Source of the DNA: Octopus sinensis
Taxonomy: Eukaryota
Reading direction: 5' to 3'
Length of the DNA stretch: 64,000 bases
Assembly: GCF_006345805.1 (NCBI RefSeq)
Contig: NW_021833119.1
Span: 19,140 to 83,139, forward strand
Shown: positions 1 to 13,264 of the stretch, one piece after another
How positions within the stretch are numbered: the stretch's first letter is position 1
Layout of the letters: the number at the start of each line of letters is the position of its first letter
The notes under the pieces: model-generated
Database searches by the model: none
What the model was told of the DNA's origin: nothing
The model's input: the letters and a program-made list of their open reading frames with translations, nothing else
Program-made: the position numbers and the translations under genes

Positions 1-110
1 CTCGGTCTCTTCTCAACCGACAAGTTACAGGAACGTAAGCACACCAGCAACGGTTGTCAAATCAAGCGATGGCGGGTGACAAAGAACCTCTCACATACAT
101 ACCTATATAT
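1..110 (-). mobile_element. 3' half of tRNA/CORE-type SINE (family A), split by the HERO-like insertion
   Basis: Matches the reverse complement of the tail of the 17105-17526 copy (acgtaagcacaccagcaacggttgtcaa). Confidence 0.75.
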
Positions 111-188
111 ATATATATATATACATATATATGTGTGTGTGTGTATGTGTGTGTGTGTGTGTGTGTGTGTATACAACACGGTTGTAAT

Positions 189-3100
189 CCCTCAGATACT
201 GACTGCAGGGAAAGACTTGCTGACAATCCAGAAAGAGGGATGACAAAGCGGAGGGACGCTTGACAGTACGACAGCGTAATGAAGGATCAAATGGGCTTGC
301 AGCCCGATCCGGGCTAAAATTGAAACGAAAAAACATGGGAAATCATGCACCCATGATCCCGGACCACGGGGGGAGAATAAAGGATCAAATAGGGACGGAA
401 AAAACGAAATGGACTTGGACCGGAAATGGACAATGAGAAAGGAAACGGTATAGGAATGGTAGATGAGGAATTCAGCTGCTGCGGAAAGGTGTTTGCTAGT
501 TACACCAAGGGAAGGTGAGAATACACGAAAGGAAGGTGTATCAGAAGAAAGTAATTCAACAACGCGGGTTGATAAACCATAAGAGGTGTGGCCAGAACAC
601 CCCGGAAAATAACCATAGCGAGGTTCATTCCACAGTTGAATTGGAACAGTCAAAAAGACTGATAGGCGTGAAGAGGACAATGGTTAAGTGGCCGAAAGCA
701 TATGACGCGGCGAGTCATAAAAAATTTGACGACGAGGTAGGAAGAATGACCACCAAATTCAAAGGCGACGACGAACAAAAGCTCGAAAACCTGGCTAATA
801 CAATCTACCAGGAAGGAGAGAAAAGATTTGGACTGGAAACAACAGGGAAGGTAGAATCAACGGCAAAGATCGGACCATCGAGGAGAGAAAGACGGATCGC
901 AAAGATTCGAGAAGAGAAGAAAAAACTCAGAACCAGATGGAGGGATGCAAAGGAGGAGGAAAGAGAAGGGCTAAAGCAGCTATATGAAGAGATAAAAGAG
1001 AGGCATCGAGACCTGCTAAGAAAACAAAGAAGGAGGAGCAGAAGAAAGGAGAGGGAAAAAAACTATCGTAGCTTTGTGAACAATCCCTATCAATATGCGA
1101 AACATCTATTTACTGAAAGTAAAAGTGGAAAATTGGATTGCACGAAAGAAGAGCTCGAACATCTGAAAGAGACATACAGCGACTCTGACAGAAATGAAGT
1201 ACTCCCAGAAATGCACGGACTGAAGAAACCGCCTGAACCAAGAGTACCATTTGATTTGAGCGACATCAAACGGAAAGAAATGGATGAGTTCATAAGGAAA
1301 GCAAGAGCAAAAAGTGCACCAGGGAACGATGGAGTGAGCTACAAGGTATATAAATATTGCCCAAAATTACGATTGCAGCTGTTTGCACTGATAAGAGAAA
1401 TGTGGAAGAAGAAAGATGTAGCGGAGCGATGGTGTATAGCCGAAGGTATCTATCTACCTTAAAGAAAAAGAGGCAAAAACACTAGGCCAATTTAGACCGA
1501 TTTCACTACTAAATACAGACGGAAAAATCATGTTCGGAATAATTGCTAGACGAATCATAAGATTCGTACAGCATAGCGGATACGTTAATGAAGCGATTCA
1601 AAAAGCAGGAATCTCCGGAATCCCTGGGTGCATAGTTCACGCATTTTCCATCTGGGAAGCCATCACCTGTGCAAAACAAATGAAGAAAAACCTATATATT
1701 GTTTAGCTAGATCTTGCCAATGCTTATGGATCTGTTCCGCACGCAATAATAAAGACAGCGGTGGACTTCTTTTGGATTTCAAAAGATGTGCAACGAATGC
1801 TCATGTCGTACTACGACAACCTGAGGATGAGATGTACAGCAGGAAAGTTCACAACGGAGTGGCAACGGCTTGAAATAGGTATTGCAGCCGGATGCACTGT
1901 ATCAGTCATCTTATTCGTGCTAGTCATGGAAATGCTACTCAGATCTACAAACTGTGATGAAATTCAAAGCCAAAAAATCTCGAAGCGTGGCTTTCGTGAA
2001 AGGAAGGCAAGAAGAAGTGAAATTCAGGATAGGAAGTGAAGACATACCAACGGTGAAAGAACAACCAGTAAAGAGTCTCGGCAGATGGTATAGAGATTTA
2101 TCAAATGATAAGAAGCAAGGGAAAGAAACACACGAGTTAGTAGAACAAGGATTAAAGGCAATTGACAGAACAACGCTGCCGGGAAAATTCAAATGTTGGA
2201 TACTGCAATTTGGGCTGTACCCAAGGATAATGTGGCCATTGAAAATGTACGAAATAGCCTCGAGTAGAGTAGAAAGGATGGAGCAAAGATGCAGTGTGTT
2301 CATCAGAAAATGGCTTGGTCTGCCGAAACCACTGAATACAACCCGTGCTGTAACTACCAATAACATCAATCGCCGAAGAATGTAAGGCAGGAAAGGTAAG
2401 GACAGTAATGATGCTAAGGTATTCAAAAGATCAGAGCATCCGGGAAAACCCTCCAAAGGTACGAACAGGGAGGAAATGGAAGGCGGAAGAGGCAGTAAAC
2501 AGGGAAACCGGAAAACTAAAGCACGCAGATATAGTCGGAGCGACGCAAGAAGCTAGAACCGGCCTAGGGTCGCAAAATTTCAGGCCATTTTGCAAGAGCA
2601 GTGTAAAAGAGATGAAAGAAGCAGTGTTATACGAAGTGAGAAAGGAGGAAGAAGAAAGGCGAAATGTACATTTGGTGCAATGCAGTCAACAGGGACAGTG
2701 CCCGAGATGGGAGGAATATGTGATCAGCCGCAGAATATCATGGAAGGAATTTGGGCTTGGGAATAAGCAAGAATATCCTTCTTGATCAAGTCTACCTTCG
2801 ACATTCTACCCTCACCGGCGAACTTAGTCCGGTGGAACATAAACAAAACCGATGAGTGTAGATGCGGAGAGAAAGCGACGGTTAGACATGTTCTGTCAGG
2901 TTGCAGACTAGCACTTGAAAGATATACATGGCGGCATAATCAAGTCCTCGGTGTCATAAGCGCAGCACTCAAGGAGAAGATCGAGAGGTACAATAGGGGA
3001 GAGTACCCAAAAGTAGAAAAGCGCAGGAAAGTATATTTCCACAAGGAGGGAAAAGGTTATAAAACCAGGCCTACAAGTAAAGTATACGAGATAGACGAAA

Positions 3101-3976
3101 GATGGAAGGGATACTGGGAGATGGCCACGGACTTGGAAAGACAAGTAATATTTCCACTAATAAAAACAACAAAAAGACCGGATTTAGTTCTATGGAACAG
3201 AGACCGGAGAATGGGAATTTTACTAGAACTGACAGAACCTGGGGAAGAGAACATCGGCAACGCAGAGGAACGAAAGGAGAAGAGGTATGAAAAGCTAATC
3301 GAAGAATGCAGAGAACAGGGATGGAATGTCGAATATTATCACCTGGCAGTCGGGGCTAGAGGTTTCATTGAAAAGAAAATGAGAACGCTTTTCAAAAGAA
3401 GATTTGTTTTTTCTAGCCCCGAGCTGCGTAAACTAATAAGGAGAGTACAGGAGGCGGTCGAAAAAGCCAGCTTCTATATATGGCTGAAGCGGGAAGACCA
3501 AAAATGGCTTGAAAGTCATAAACACGCCGACGGGAAATAACATCATTAGGTGAGACAAGCTGACTGAATCAGCTTCGCTGACTGACAGGTGACGGTCGTT
3601 TAGAAAAAGCGCGGGCTAAAACTACGCGCCTTCGCTAGTCAGTTAAGGTGAGACAGTGTCACGTGACAACTTGCTGGGGCTGCCTGCTCGAGACTATGCG
3701 GCAGGTATTTAAACGGAGAAATTTGACAAGACAGTCAGTCACCGGCTGACACTCGCTGACGATACATCGAAGAGGCCAGGGAACAGAAGAAAGAAGAAAG
3801 AAGACATGCACCCAACACCAGAGCTGAAGACACCTCCGAAAGAGGGAGGGCGCCATGTCAAAACGGCAGAGGATTAGGGGCCGAAACCGGACGTGGTTCC
3901 TCCTGATGATGTCTTGAGCTAACTGGATCCTATAAAGGAGCTGTTGTGGTAGCAGACCACGAAACACGGTTGTAAT
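189..3976 (+). mobile_element. RLE-type non-LTR retrotransposon (HERO-like), decayed, inserted into a SINE
   Basis: Collinear ORF fragments 515-3540 with RT motifs (SAPGNDG, FRPISLLN, LDLANAYGSVPH, GIAAGCTVS), CCHC knuckle CRCGEKATVRHVLSGC, RYTWRHNQVL, and RLE motif RPDLVLW...ELT...KEKRY. Flanked by a 14-bp direct repeat AACACGGTTGTAAT (175-188, 3963-3976). Confidence 0.9.
515..3540 (+). pseudogene. Disrupted RT + zinc knuckle + restriction-like endonuclease ORF
   Basis: At least six ORF pieces separated by frameshifts or stops. The YxDD segment appears deleted around 1950 (the sequence jumps from after the GC motif to MKFKAKKSRS). Confidence 0.88.
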
Positions 3977-3977
3977 T

Positions 3978-4138
3978 CCGATGGCCTTCTTTTAGTTTCC
4001 GTCTACGAAGTCCAGTCAAAAGGTCTAGTCGGTTCGAGGCTATAGCAGAAGTCACATAACCAAGGTGCCGCGCAGTGAGACTGAACCTAGAATCATATGG
4101 TTAAGAATCCAGCTTCATACCACACAACCACGCTTGCG
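3978..4138 (-). mobile_element. 5' half (head) of the same family A SINE
   Basis: gatggccttcttttagtttccgtctac...ccacacaaccacgcttgcg is the reverse complement of the head of 17105-17270. Confidence 0.8.
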
Positions 4139-4339
4139 TTTATTTCTATATTTTTTCCCTCAATCTTGCAAACCCTCAACTCAATTAGTTTTCCTCTTTC
4201 CTGTTATTTACTTTTTCCAGTGCCCTTGTGGCAAATAAAAGTAACGGTAACTGATTGACTGATTGTTTTTACAATAACCTGTTATTGTTTATTCGTTTTA
4301 TACAGTTTTATTTTTATTTTTCTCTGTGGGACCCACATT

Positions 4340-4435
4340 GATCCCCGACGTCACCTTGCAGGATACAGAGGGGCTGGTACGAGACCGCCACCGATGGAGA
4401 GCACTGGAAAATCCAGTAGGTTCTACGTATGATGA
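4340..4435 (+). mobile_element. RTE-like LINE 3' end fragment
   Basis: Translates TLQDTEGLVRDRHRWRALE, resembling the C-terminal DRxxWR motif of RTE ORFs. Confidence 0.4.
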
Positions 4436-4864
4436 CGCCTCTGGGACCACTAACCGGGGATGACCCCAGCCGCATCAAACAAGAGCACAAAACCAAGAAC
4501 CCAAGTTAACATTGATCTAAAGACTTCGATCTGCGCTGGAAACCCCAGATGACGAGGGTTTTTTTTTCTATACTCATTGAATTCATTTTTATTTTTATTG
4601 TCATAAATGTTAGAATGTTGAACAGAAGGCTTTGTGGTATTTGTTGCAACTCTTTTGGTCCGGAGTTCAATCCCCACTGAGGTCAACTTTGTCTTCACTC
4701 TTCCAGGGACGAGAAATTAAAGTACCGCAGCTTGAATTGATCGACATTCTTTCCCTGCTAAATTACAGATCCGTAAAAGTGAGTGTGTATGTGAGTATAT
4801 GTTTGTGTCAGTGTGTGTTTGTACGTGTGTTTGCATGTGTGTGTGACTGTGTGTGTATATGTAT

Positions 4865-5110
4865 GTGTAAATATATTTTATCTTTTAATTGTGTCAATCA
4901 TTATACTGCGGCCATGCTGGGGCACCGCTTAGAAGAAATTTTAGTCGAATGAATTGACCTTTGTGCATTTTTTTTAAAGCCTGATACTTATTTCATTGGT
5001 TCTTTTTGTCGGACCGCTGGGTTACGAGAAAGTAAACAGACCAACACCTGTTGTCAAGCGATGGTACGGGACAAACACAGACACAAAAACAAACACACAC
5101 AAATACACAG
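4865..5110 (-). mobile_element. Family A SINE tail fragment
   Basis: gcggccatgctggggcaccgc...gttgtcaagcgatgg matches the family A tail in reverse complement. Confidence 0.7.
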
Positions 5111-5142
5111 ATTCATGCACACACAAATATATGACTCATATG

Positions 5143-5189
<47 letters not shown>

Positions 5190-5384
5190 TCGGTATAAAC
5201 CGTTAACAAGTAAGAAAATATTTTCGCGGCATTCTAGCCCTGTATTTTCTCAATTCCAATCCCTCCGAGTACTAATTTACCTTTTATCCTTTCGGGGTTG
5301 ATAACTACCAGTGAAACACTCAGGTCCATGTAATCCACTAGTCTCTTCCCGCAAAACTTTAAAGCCTTATGCTTTTGGTAGAAA

Positions 5385-6345
5385 TTATTATTATTATTAT
5401 TATTATATGAAAACTCATAGCTTATTTTGCTGGATATGCTGGAAAGTGCCAGCTGTTCACAACCAGCAGACCAAGGTGACACTTGTTTACTGGTCATGCT
5501 TCAAGAACCCTGCGAAAAATTCTTATAGTTCCAAGCCATACTGATTTTTGTAGGTGTTCTACCTTCACACTTGCACCGATCTTTTTTCAGCCATATTGCT
5601 AGTTGAGTGCTGATACTTTCCAAGTGCTTTTGGTATCACCTCTACTTTCTTCATTGACCACATCCTTCGTATATCCCACTTCAAATCATCATAGTTATTT
5701 TTTCTTCTTTCACATTGATCCGGGGCATGCTATGTCAATGACCATACATGTTCTTTATTATAAACAAAGCAATGTCCGGTTTCCGATGTCTGGTCGTGTG
5801 ATTCCACTGGATCATTACATCCCACAGGATTTTGCAATTCTCATTTTTGGTGACTCCTGCTGGTTTTTGGTCATACCACGTCTTTGCTTCTTGTAGGCCG
5901 TGATTTCCACATAGCTTCCAATAGATCATTCTTGCCACATTATCACGGAGTCTATTGTATTCGTGTTGTGCTAATTTCAGGCATTCGCTAACGATGTGCC
6001 ATAGCGTTTCACCCCTCTCACCACACTTTCTGCATTTGTCGTTATCGGTGGTGTTGTCTATTCTGCACTTCATATAGTTGACCCTTAACGCTTGTTCCGG
6101 AGCTGCGTATGTGAGTGCTTCTGTCTCTATTTTCAGCTCACTCCATAGCCAGCGGCCCTCTGTATCTGTCTTGCAAACTCATCGTACATTTTTTTTTCCT
6201 TCCATGCTTTTATTTTTGTCTTTTTTGTTCATTTCTCGTTCAAATTTTTCTTTAGCTTCGCAGTTTTCCCTGTTGATGACGCCGGACTCTTTGTACGTTT
6301 CAATAGTGGCATTTTTATTACCACCCGAGGCTGTTTTCTCCTTCA
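5385..6345 (-). mobile_element. R4/Dong-like RLE non-LTR retrotransposon, 5'-truncated and decayed
   Basis: ORF 5735-6073: CRKCGERGETLWHIVSEC, YNRLRDNVARMIYWKLC, ILWD...RKPDI. The 3' end runs into (TAA)n at 5385-5405. Confidence 0.85.
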
Positions 6346-6356
6346 TTATTATTATT

Positions 6357-6401
<45 letters not shown>

Positions 6402-7024
6402 TAATCTTTGACTTTTGTTTTGTATTTGTACCAGGGGACTCCAATTCTCACCCAGAGATCTCAAGAGACAACAAATTAGAAGTTCATGTTGGTGTTATGC
6501 CTAGGGTGTCATATATTTAGTTTTGCACATAGTATTGTTCTAAAGTATATTTAAGATAAGAAAATTAAAATTTTGTTTTAAAATTTGAGATTACATAGAC
6601 AGTATTATTATTATAGCACGCCGGACAAAATGCTTAGCGGCATTTCGCTCGTCATAACTGAAGCTGTTGGAATTTTAAAAAAATTTAATACTTTGTTTTC
6701 TAAATGGTGTATGATTGAATTAGTTCCAATTATTCTGTGTTGTCTGCTATGTTCTCATTATTGTAAAGAAGGTGGCAAGCTGGCAAAATCGTTTGCAGAT
6801 CAGACAAAATTCTTAGTGGCATTTTAAATCTCACTGAGATCAACTTGGCTAATCATTCCTTCAGATTCTATGATTCTAAGTCCAAATTCCGCCAGGGTCG
6901 ACTTCGCCTTTCATCCTTTCAGGTTCGATGAAATAGCTACCAGTTGAATTTTGGTGTCAATATAATCGACTAAGCAACTCTACCAAACTTTCAGGACAAG
7001 TACCGATACAGAACGGAATCTTAT

Positions 7025-7580
7025 TACTTTATTTGTGCACAATAGATTAGACTGTTGGAAAAATTTCCTAACATGGGGCGGCAACAAGTAACCTTAGATA
7101 CCAAGAACCTTCCTAAGTATTCTAGTTGTCCCTACTAATGCTGCTTTCTGGCGCTGCACTTAACTAGGTTTTATACCTATTTCCCCTACCCATCTGTTCA
7201 AGTCCTTAGGGATAGTTCCTAATGCACCAGGGGAGATATATTTGATCAGCACTTTCCAAAGACTCTGTAACTCAATGGCTGGGTCCCGGTACTTTACTTA
7301 TTTTTTCTAAACCTCTCGTAATGTCTTTCTCATCATTTGGGACTGTAAAGTCAATTAGCTGGCACTTTCTATTCTCTTTATTTTCTACTACTAACTTCTA
7401 TTACTCTGTTAGTCTGAATGTTAAAGTCCCACATCTTGTACTTCTTACTTTCTTGTACTTTACTAGGTTCATAGCATTTATCAGAATGGCCAAATCCTAG
7501 CTTTTTGCGTAATTCTCAGTGGATCATTCTCCCTAGGTTATCATGTCCTTTATTATATTCTTTCTGAGCCTGACTGTATG
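7025..7580 (-). mobile_element. Second R4/Dong-like RLE fragment
   Basis: Minus-strand translation gives YNKGHDNLGRMIH, MWDFNIQT, LIDFTVP, KISKYRD, ALGTIPK and QKAALVGTTRILRKVL. Confidence 0.8.
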
Positions 7581-7788
7581 AATAATACCTTTCTTTGATT
7601 TACATAACCTACATTGAGAATCATCCTGATTTTTTTATCAATTTGATCCTCAATGCTTGATTTTGGGCTACTACGAACAAGCTATCTATCTTCTTTTCAG
7701 CCTTCCTTTCAGCAACAACAACTGTGCCTCACTATTTCTATTTGTATCATCATAATCATCATCATTATTATTATTATTATTACTACTA

Positions 7789-7823
<35 letters not shown>

Positions 7824-8469
7824 GCGGCGAGCTGGCACAATTGTTGGCGCGTTGGACGAAATGCTTAACGGTATTTCACCTGCCGCTACTTTATGAAGTC
7901 AAATTCCGCCGAGGTCGACTACCCCTCCTGCCCCAAATTCCAGGCTTTGTGCCTATAATAGAAAGGATTACTATTATCATTATTATTAATACTATTATTA
8001 TTATTATCATTATTATGATTATTATTGTTATTGTTGTTTGTTATGTCATATATGCCTTTGCTGTAGCAAATCCTGTCACTTGCTACGGTTTATAAATTTC
8101 TCAATTTATATAATTAAGTAGAATCTAATTGTTATTCCGTCCATCTTTGTTTCAAGACGAAGAATTTGTCCAAAGACATTCTGACCAATTCCAGCTAGTA
8201 TGTCCATAGCAATTAGCTTCCAAAATATAACAGGGTGCCATCATAGAATATTAATAACAGTAATCTCATTTAACAAAACTAAATAGTGCTGATAACATTA
8301 ACATGTTATTAGTAGGGGTGTGTGTATATGCATACGTGTTAATATATATAAATATATATGTGTTTATATGTATGCGTGCATAAATCTATATAACTATCCA
8401 TCGACCTATCTGTTTCTGTTTCTCTCATCCTCTCTTTCTCTGTATATTTATGCACTCACAAATATATGG

Positions 8470-8521
<52 letters not shown>

Positions 8522-8567
8522 GTATGTGTATATATATGTATGTGTGTATATATATATATATATGTAT

Positions 8568-8598
<31 letters not shown>

Positions 8599-9264
8599 CA
8601 TGTGTGTGTATACATATACATACAACAAAGGCAAACATCCACATTTCTTATAAACACTTGTTACAGTAACATTGTTTGTGATAATGATGATGATGATGAC
8701 GACGCTGACGATAACTATGATGACGAGGAGAAGTAGATGCGCCCACTCCATTTGTTCCCGCTGATGATAACGACGATGATGACGATGATAATCATAGACA
8801 TCATCATAATAAACATAATAATAGTAATAATAATATATGTACACTGCGACAATTATACTAATGTCCAGTCACTTCGAACCGATCTCTGGCATTGCTCAGC
8901 ATTGGCAGTTCTTCAGATCTATGGCTTTGTTGTTATTATTATTATTATTATTATTATTGCTGTTGTTATATTTTGGCTTTGCTTGACTTTGAGCAAGCTG
9001 CACCAAAGTATCAATCGGGGACGTCAAGAAACAAGATTCTTCATCTGAGGCTACGAAGAAATGAAATGATGTTTGCGTACAAATAATAACAACAATGATA
9101 ACAATAATAATAATAATTAATAATAATAATAATGATAATAATGATAATAATAATGATAATAATAACAACAACAACAGCCATTACCCTGAAAAAGATTGCA
9201 TGGGGAGGAATGTATTATAATTATTATTATAACTACTTTTATTATTGTTGTTGTTGTTATTATT

Positions 9265-9790
9265 TCAGAGTGAGAGAGCAGTGCATGCTCTCAAAGTGAC
9301 AGTGCAGTAAAATATACGAAGCCCAATATACCCGCCATGACTACCCGTCTGTTAAGGGTATGCATCACTACCATATATGCACGACATGGTGGTTTCCCAT
9401 CAAGATAAACAGCGCATGACATGGCAGGTGGGGCCCAGTTAGAATTTTCAGATTGAGTAGCACATCCTGCTCAAAAGATCCCTGAATAAGGGTTGATTAA
9501 GGATGTTGAACGAAACACCCATGTTTCCAGAAGTGAATTATCCAAACCCCAAAGAATTCTTTTCAGCACATGGCTATGACACTGCCCCAGTACTTCTGCT
9601 CGTGATCAGAGATGCACAGATCGTCAGCCACCAAGAGACATGCTCAACTGATTAAGGTGAAACAACTGACAAGCAAATCTGTGGTATTGAGCAGAATATT
9701 TGCTCATCTTTTATACCAAGACAAAACAATGTACATGATAACACTTCCAATCAGTTAAGATCAGGAGTCATGAGAGCCTGATACTGCATC
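9265..9790 (-). repeat. Unclassified ~520-bp interspersed repeat ending in (TAA)n; second copy at 47565-48032
   Basis: Long shared blocks, e.g. acaagcaaatctgtggtattgagcagaatatttgct and cctgaataagggttg. Confidence 0.8.
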
Positions 9791-10260
9791 AATATTATTA
9801 TTATTACAATTATTATTATTATTACTACTTTGTTTCGCCAGACATAATTTTTCCCATTATGTATATTGGTGTCCAATGATACAGATAGCAACACTAACAA
9901 GAGTTACATCTCAATATCTGTAGTCTCCACTCCACGAATACATTTCTCATCCCGCAGAACATCCCCAACCCTTCCTCCAATATTATTTCTGCTAACAGAG
10001 TCTGAATGCATACAATTCTATTTACGACGAACCCTCCAGAAATCGCAGTGTCCTCCCTACTTTGATCAGTTTTCATTAAGTAATGACAAGACCTTCATTA
10101 ACGGAATGGAATTCGACATAATTAGTATGTATATATACTTCTTAGCTCTTCTCTTTTCCGTATGGTCATCCAGGCGTTTTACATTATATATATTTACATA
10201 TATGTGTGTGCCTGTATTTATATAAATATATATTTCACACACATACTGACACACACACAT

Positions 10261-10328
<68 letters not shown>

Positions 10329-10331
<3 letters not shown>

Positions 10332-10492
10332 GCAGGAGTAGCTGTGTGATAAGAGTCTTGCTTCCCATTCACATGGTTCCGGGTTCAGTCCCACTACGTG
10401 GCACCCTGTGCAAGTATCTTCTACTATAACCTCAGGCCGACCAAAGTTTTGTTAGTGGATTTGCTAGACGGAAACTGAGAAAAGCCCGTCGA
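10329..10492 (+). mobile_element. Family A SINE head
   Basis: A-box/B-box-like head (gggttcagtccc) and CORE-like segment, matching 17105-17270. Confidence 0.8.
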
Positions 10493-10803
10493 ATATATAT
10501 ATATATACATATATATATATAACGATGTCAGATCCTCGTTAGGGATTAAATAATCCCCAAATTCCACTGGTTAATCCCTATCGTATAAGGTGAATCTCTC
10601 TACGATATATTAGGGATTATTATAGTAATACATATTGTAAATATGTATTAATAATACATATATAAATCGAAACAGATATGTAGGATTTTGGTATCTGCCA
10701 ATTCTTTTAGAGCTATATAATTTATAATTTATTTGTATTGCTTTTATAAAAAATTGTCAGCCTCATTATATCATACAAATAAATTATTTATACATCCATA
10801 ATG

Positions 10804-10880
<77 letters not shown>

Positions 10881-11073
10881 ATTGAGGTGTATTCTGTGAA
10901 GAACGTATTAGAGTACAAAATAGAGGTGGTTCACCTTTAGAATGTGAAAAATAAAAAGAAAAGAATATACCGTTGCTTGATTTAAATTTAAATCTTGTAT
11001 ATATGTGGATCCATGTTGTATCGAAACATGTTTAGTGGTCAAACAACTGTTGAATCGTATTCCCTCTTCCTTC

Positions 11074-11157
<84 letters not shown>

Positions 11158-11199
11158 CAGAGAGAGGGAGAGAGAGAGAGAGAGATGTATATATATTTA

Positions 11200-11482
11200 C
11201 GTGTGTGTGTGTGTGTGTGTTTGTCTATGTTTGTCACCCCACCATCACTTAACAAACAATCTTGGTTTTTTATATAGCCGTAACTTAGCGGTTCAGCAAA
11301 GGAACTGATAGATTACATAGAATAAGTCCTGGGGTAGATTTATTTGACTAAAATCCTCTAATGTGTTGCTCCATCATGGCCGTAGACAAATGACTAAAAC
11401 ACATAAAAAGAATAGAATACACTCACACCCATGCACACACACACAAACACATATACCTAAATATACATATGTATATACGAGA

Positions 11483-11533
<51 letters not shown>

Positions 11534-11751
11534 ATATATATATATATATAGGTGTGTGTTTATGTTCGTCCCCGCAGCATCGCTTAACAACCGATGGTGG
11601 TGTGTTTACGTGCCCGCAACTACGTGGTTCGGCAAAGAAGACCGATAGAATAAGTAGTAGGCTTACAAAGTATATGTCCTGGGGTCGATTTGTTCGACTA
11701 AAGGCAGTGTTCCAGCAAGGCCGCAGTCAAACGACTGAACCCAGTAAAAGA

Positions 11752-11752
<1 letters not shown>
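11200..11752 (+). mobile_element. Two family A SINE tail fragments separated by (TA)n
   Basis: 11215-11415 and 11553-11752 both match the tail of 17105-17526. Confidence 0.7.
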
Positions 11753-11825
<73 letters not shown>

Positions 11826-11972
11826 GATAGATAGATAGAAAATAAAGTTATTTTATTCCACAGGAGTAGAAATATAAGAAAAAAAAGATGAAAATGCACT
11901 GAGAATAGTTAAAATATTTTTTATTAATAAATTTAAAGCTTTCCCCGATTAAAGCTTGTTTTTTTCCATATA

Positions 11973-13227
11973 CAGGGTAAGATTTTTGAGGACAGATTTA
12001 TGTTTATAAAACAAAACATATAATAACAGATAATAACTTTATCAATTATCAAAAAATGCTATGAAGATAAAAATAAACCTTCTTCCCTATAATGTTATTC
12101 AATAGAGCCACCTTCAGCTTCAACAACTGCTTCTATATGAGATCTAAATCATCTACATGCTCGAGTCAAGTGGTTCTGGGTCATTTTGGACATTACTCTG
12201 GCTATGGCAGCTTTCAAAGAATCTTTGGTGTTATGGATGTGTTCATTGACCTCTCTCTCAACAATGATCTGCATGTTATAGTCCAATTCATTGAGATCTG
12301 GAGAATTAGGAGGCCAAGTCTTAGGGGTTATGTGATCAGGAAATTTTTCAGCTATCCATTCCTGTGTTTCTAGAGCCATATGTGATAGTGCAGAGTCTTA
12401 CTGAAACACATATGGCCTTCCATTGCATACACTGTCTATCCAGGACTTAATTATTTCGAGGATCTCAATGTAGGTGGTAGAGTCAACTCTAAAGACTCGT
12501 GGAAAGAAGTAAGGAGGCATCACATGTCCTTCATTGCTGATAATGCCTCAAACCATAACAGTTGTAGGAAATTTTGTATGCATAACACTTGGAACTTCAG
12601 AAATGTCTGCACATAACCATCTGTCATTTTTTCTGTTAACTTTTTGATCTTGGTTGTAGTTTTTCTCATTTGAGAAAAACCAAATCAAATCTTTTTCTGC
12701 TGGATTTTTCAGGTTGTTTAAGAGCCTTTGAGATCTGATGTAGTGATTTTCTTTTGCTTTTTTCTGACAAATTGACCTTTTCTCATCATATAAGACATAT
12801 CTGATGTCTTCATGGATAACATTTCTGACTGTTCCTTCTGACACATGGAGATCTTTTGCAATTGACCCCATGGACTTTCTGGGATTGTAATCAATGGTCT
12901 GTTAAACTTGCTGAATACATTCAGGTGTTCTGATGATTTCAGAGCGTAAAAAGAATGCTTTTTATGCTTTGATACTGGTGACACGTTTCCATCTTCAATC
13001 ACTTGGTCCTTATAAACTTTGTAGGCGGAAGATCCGACAACTTTCAAAATTGGAGATATTTCTAAATCACTATGCTCAGCCTTTATAGCCACAATAATAG
13101 CAGGCCTCTTCATTTCTTGAGTAAGCAGACAGTCTGCCGTTACTATTTTCTGGAAAAAAGATTATGCAGAGTTAGCAAAAAATGCAGCAATGACCCCAAA
13201 AATCTATGTCCTCAAATAACTTACGCA

Positions 13228-13230
<3 letters not shown>
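11973..13230 (-). mobile_element. Tc1/mariner superfamily transposon, DD37D (maT-type), decayed
   Basis: Transposase pieces include FFSNEK, VFQ*DSALSH and WPPNSPDLNELDY, with 37 residues between the 2nd and 3rd catalytic D. Imperfect TIRs cagggtaagatttttgaggacagatt / aatctatgtcctcaaataacttacgcacca, TA-flanked. Confidence 0.88.

Positions 13231-13264
<34 letters not shown>

Noticed and set aside
10594-11040. Hammerhead 3' halves GAAACAGATATGTA (10668) and GAAACATGTT (11023)
   Set aside because: No recognisable CUGANGA core with matching stem I upstream; at most relics.
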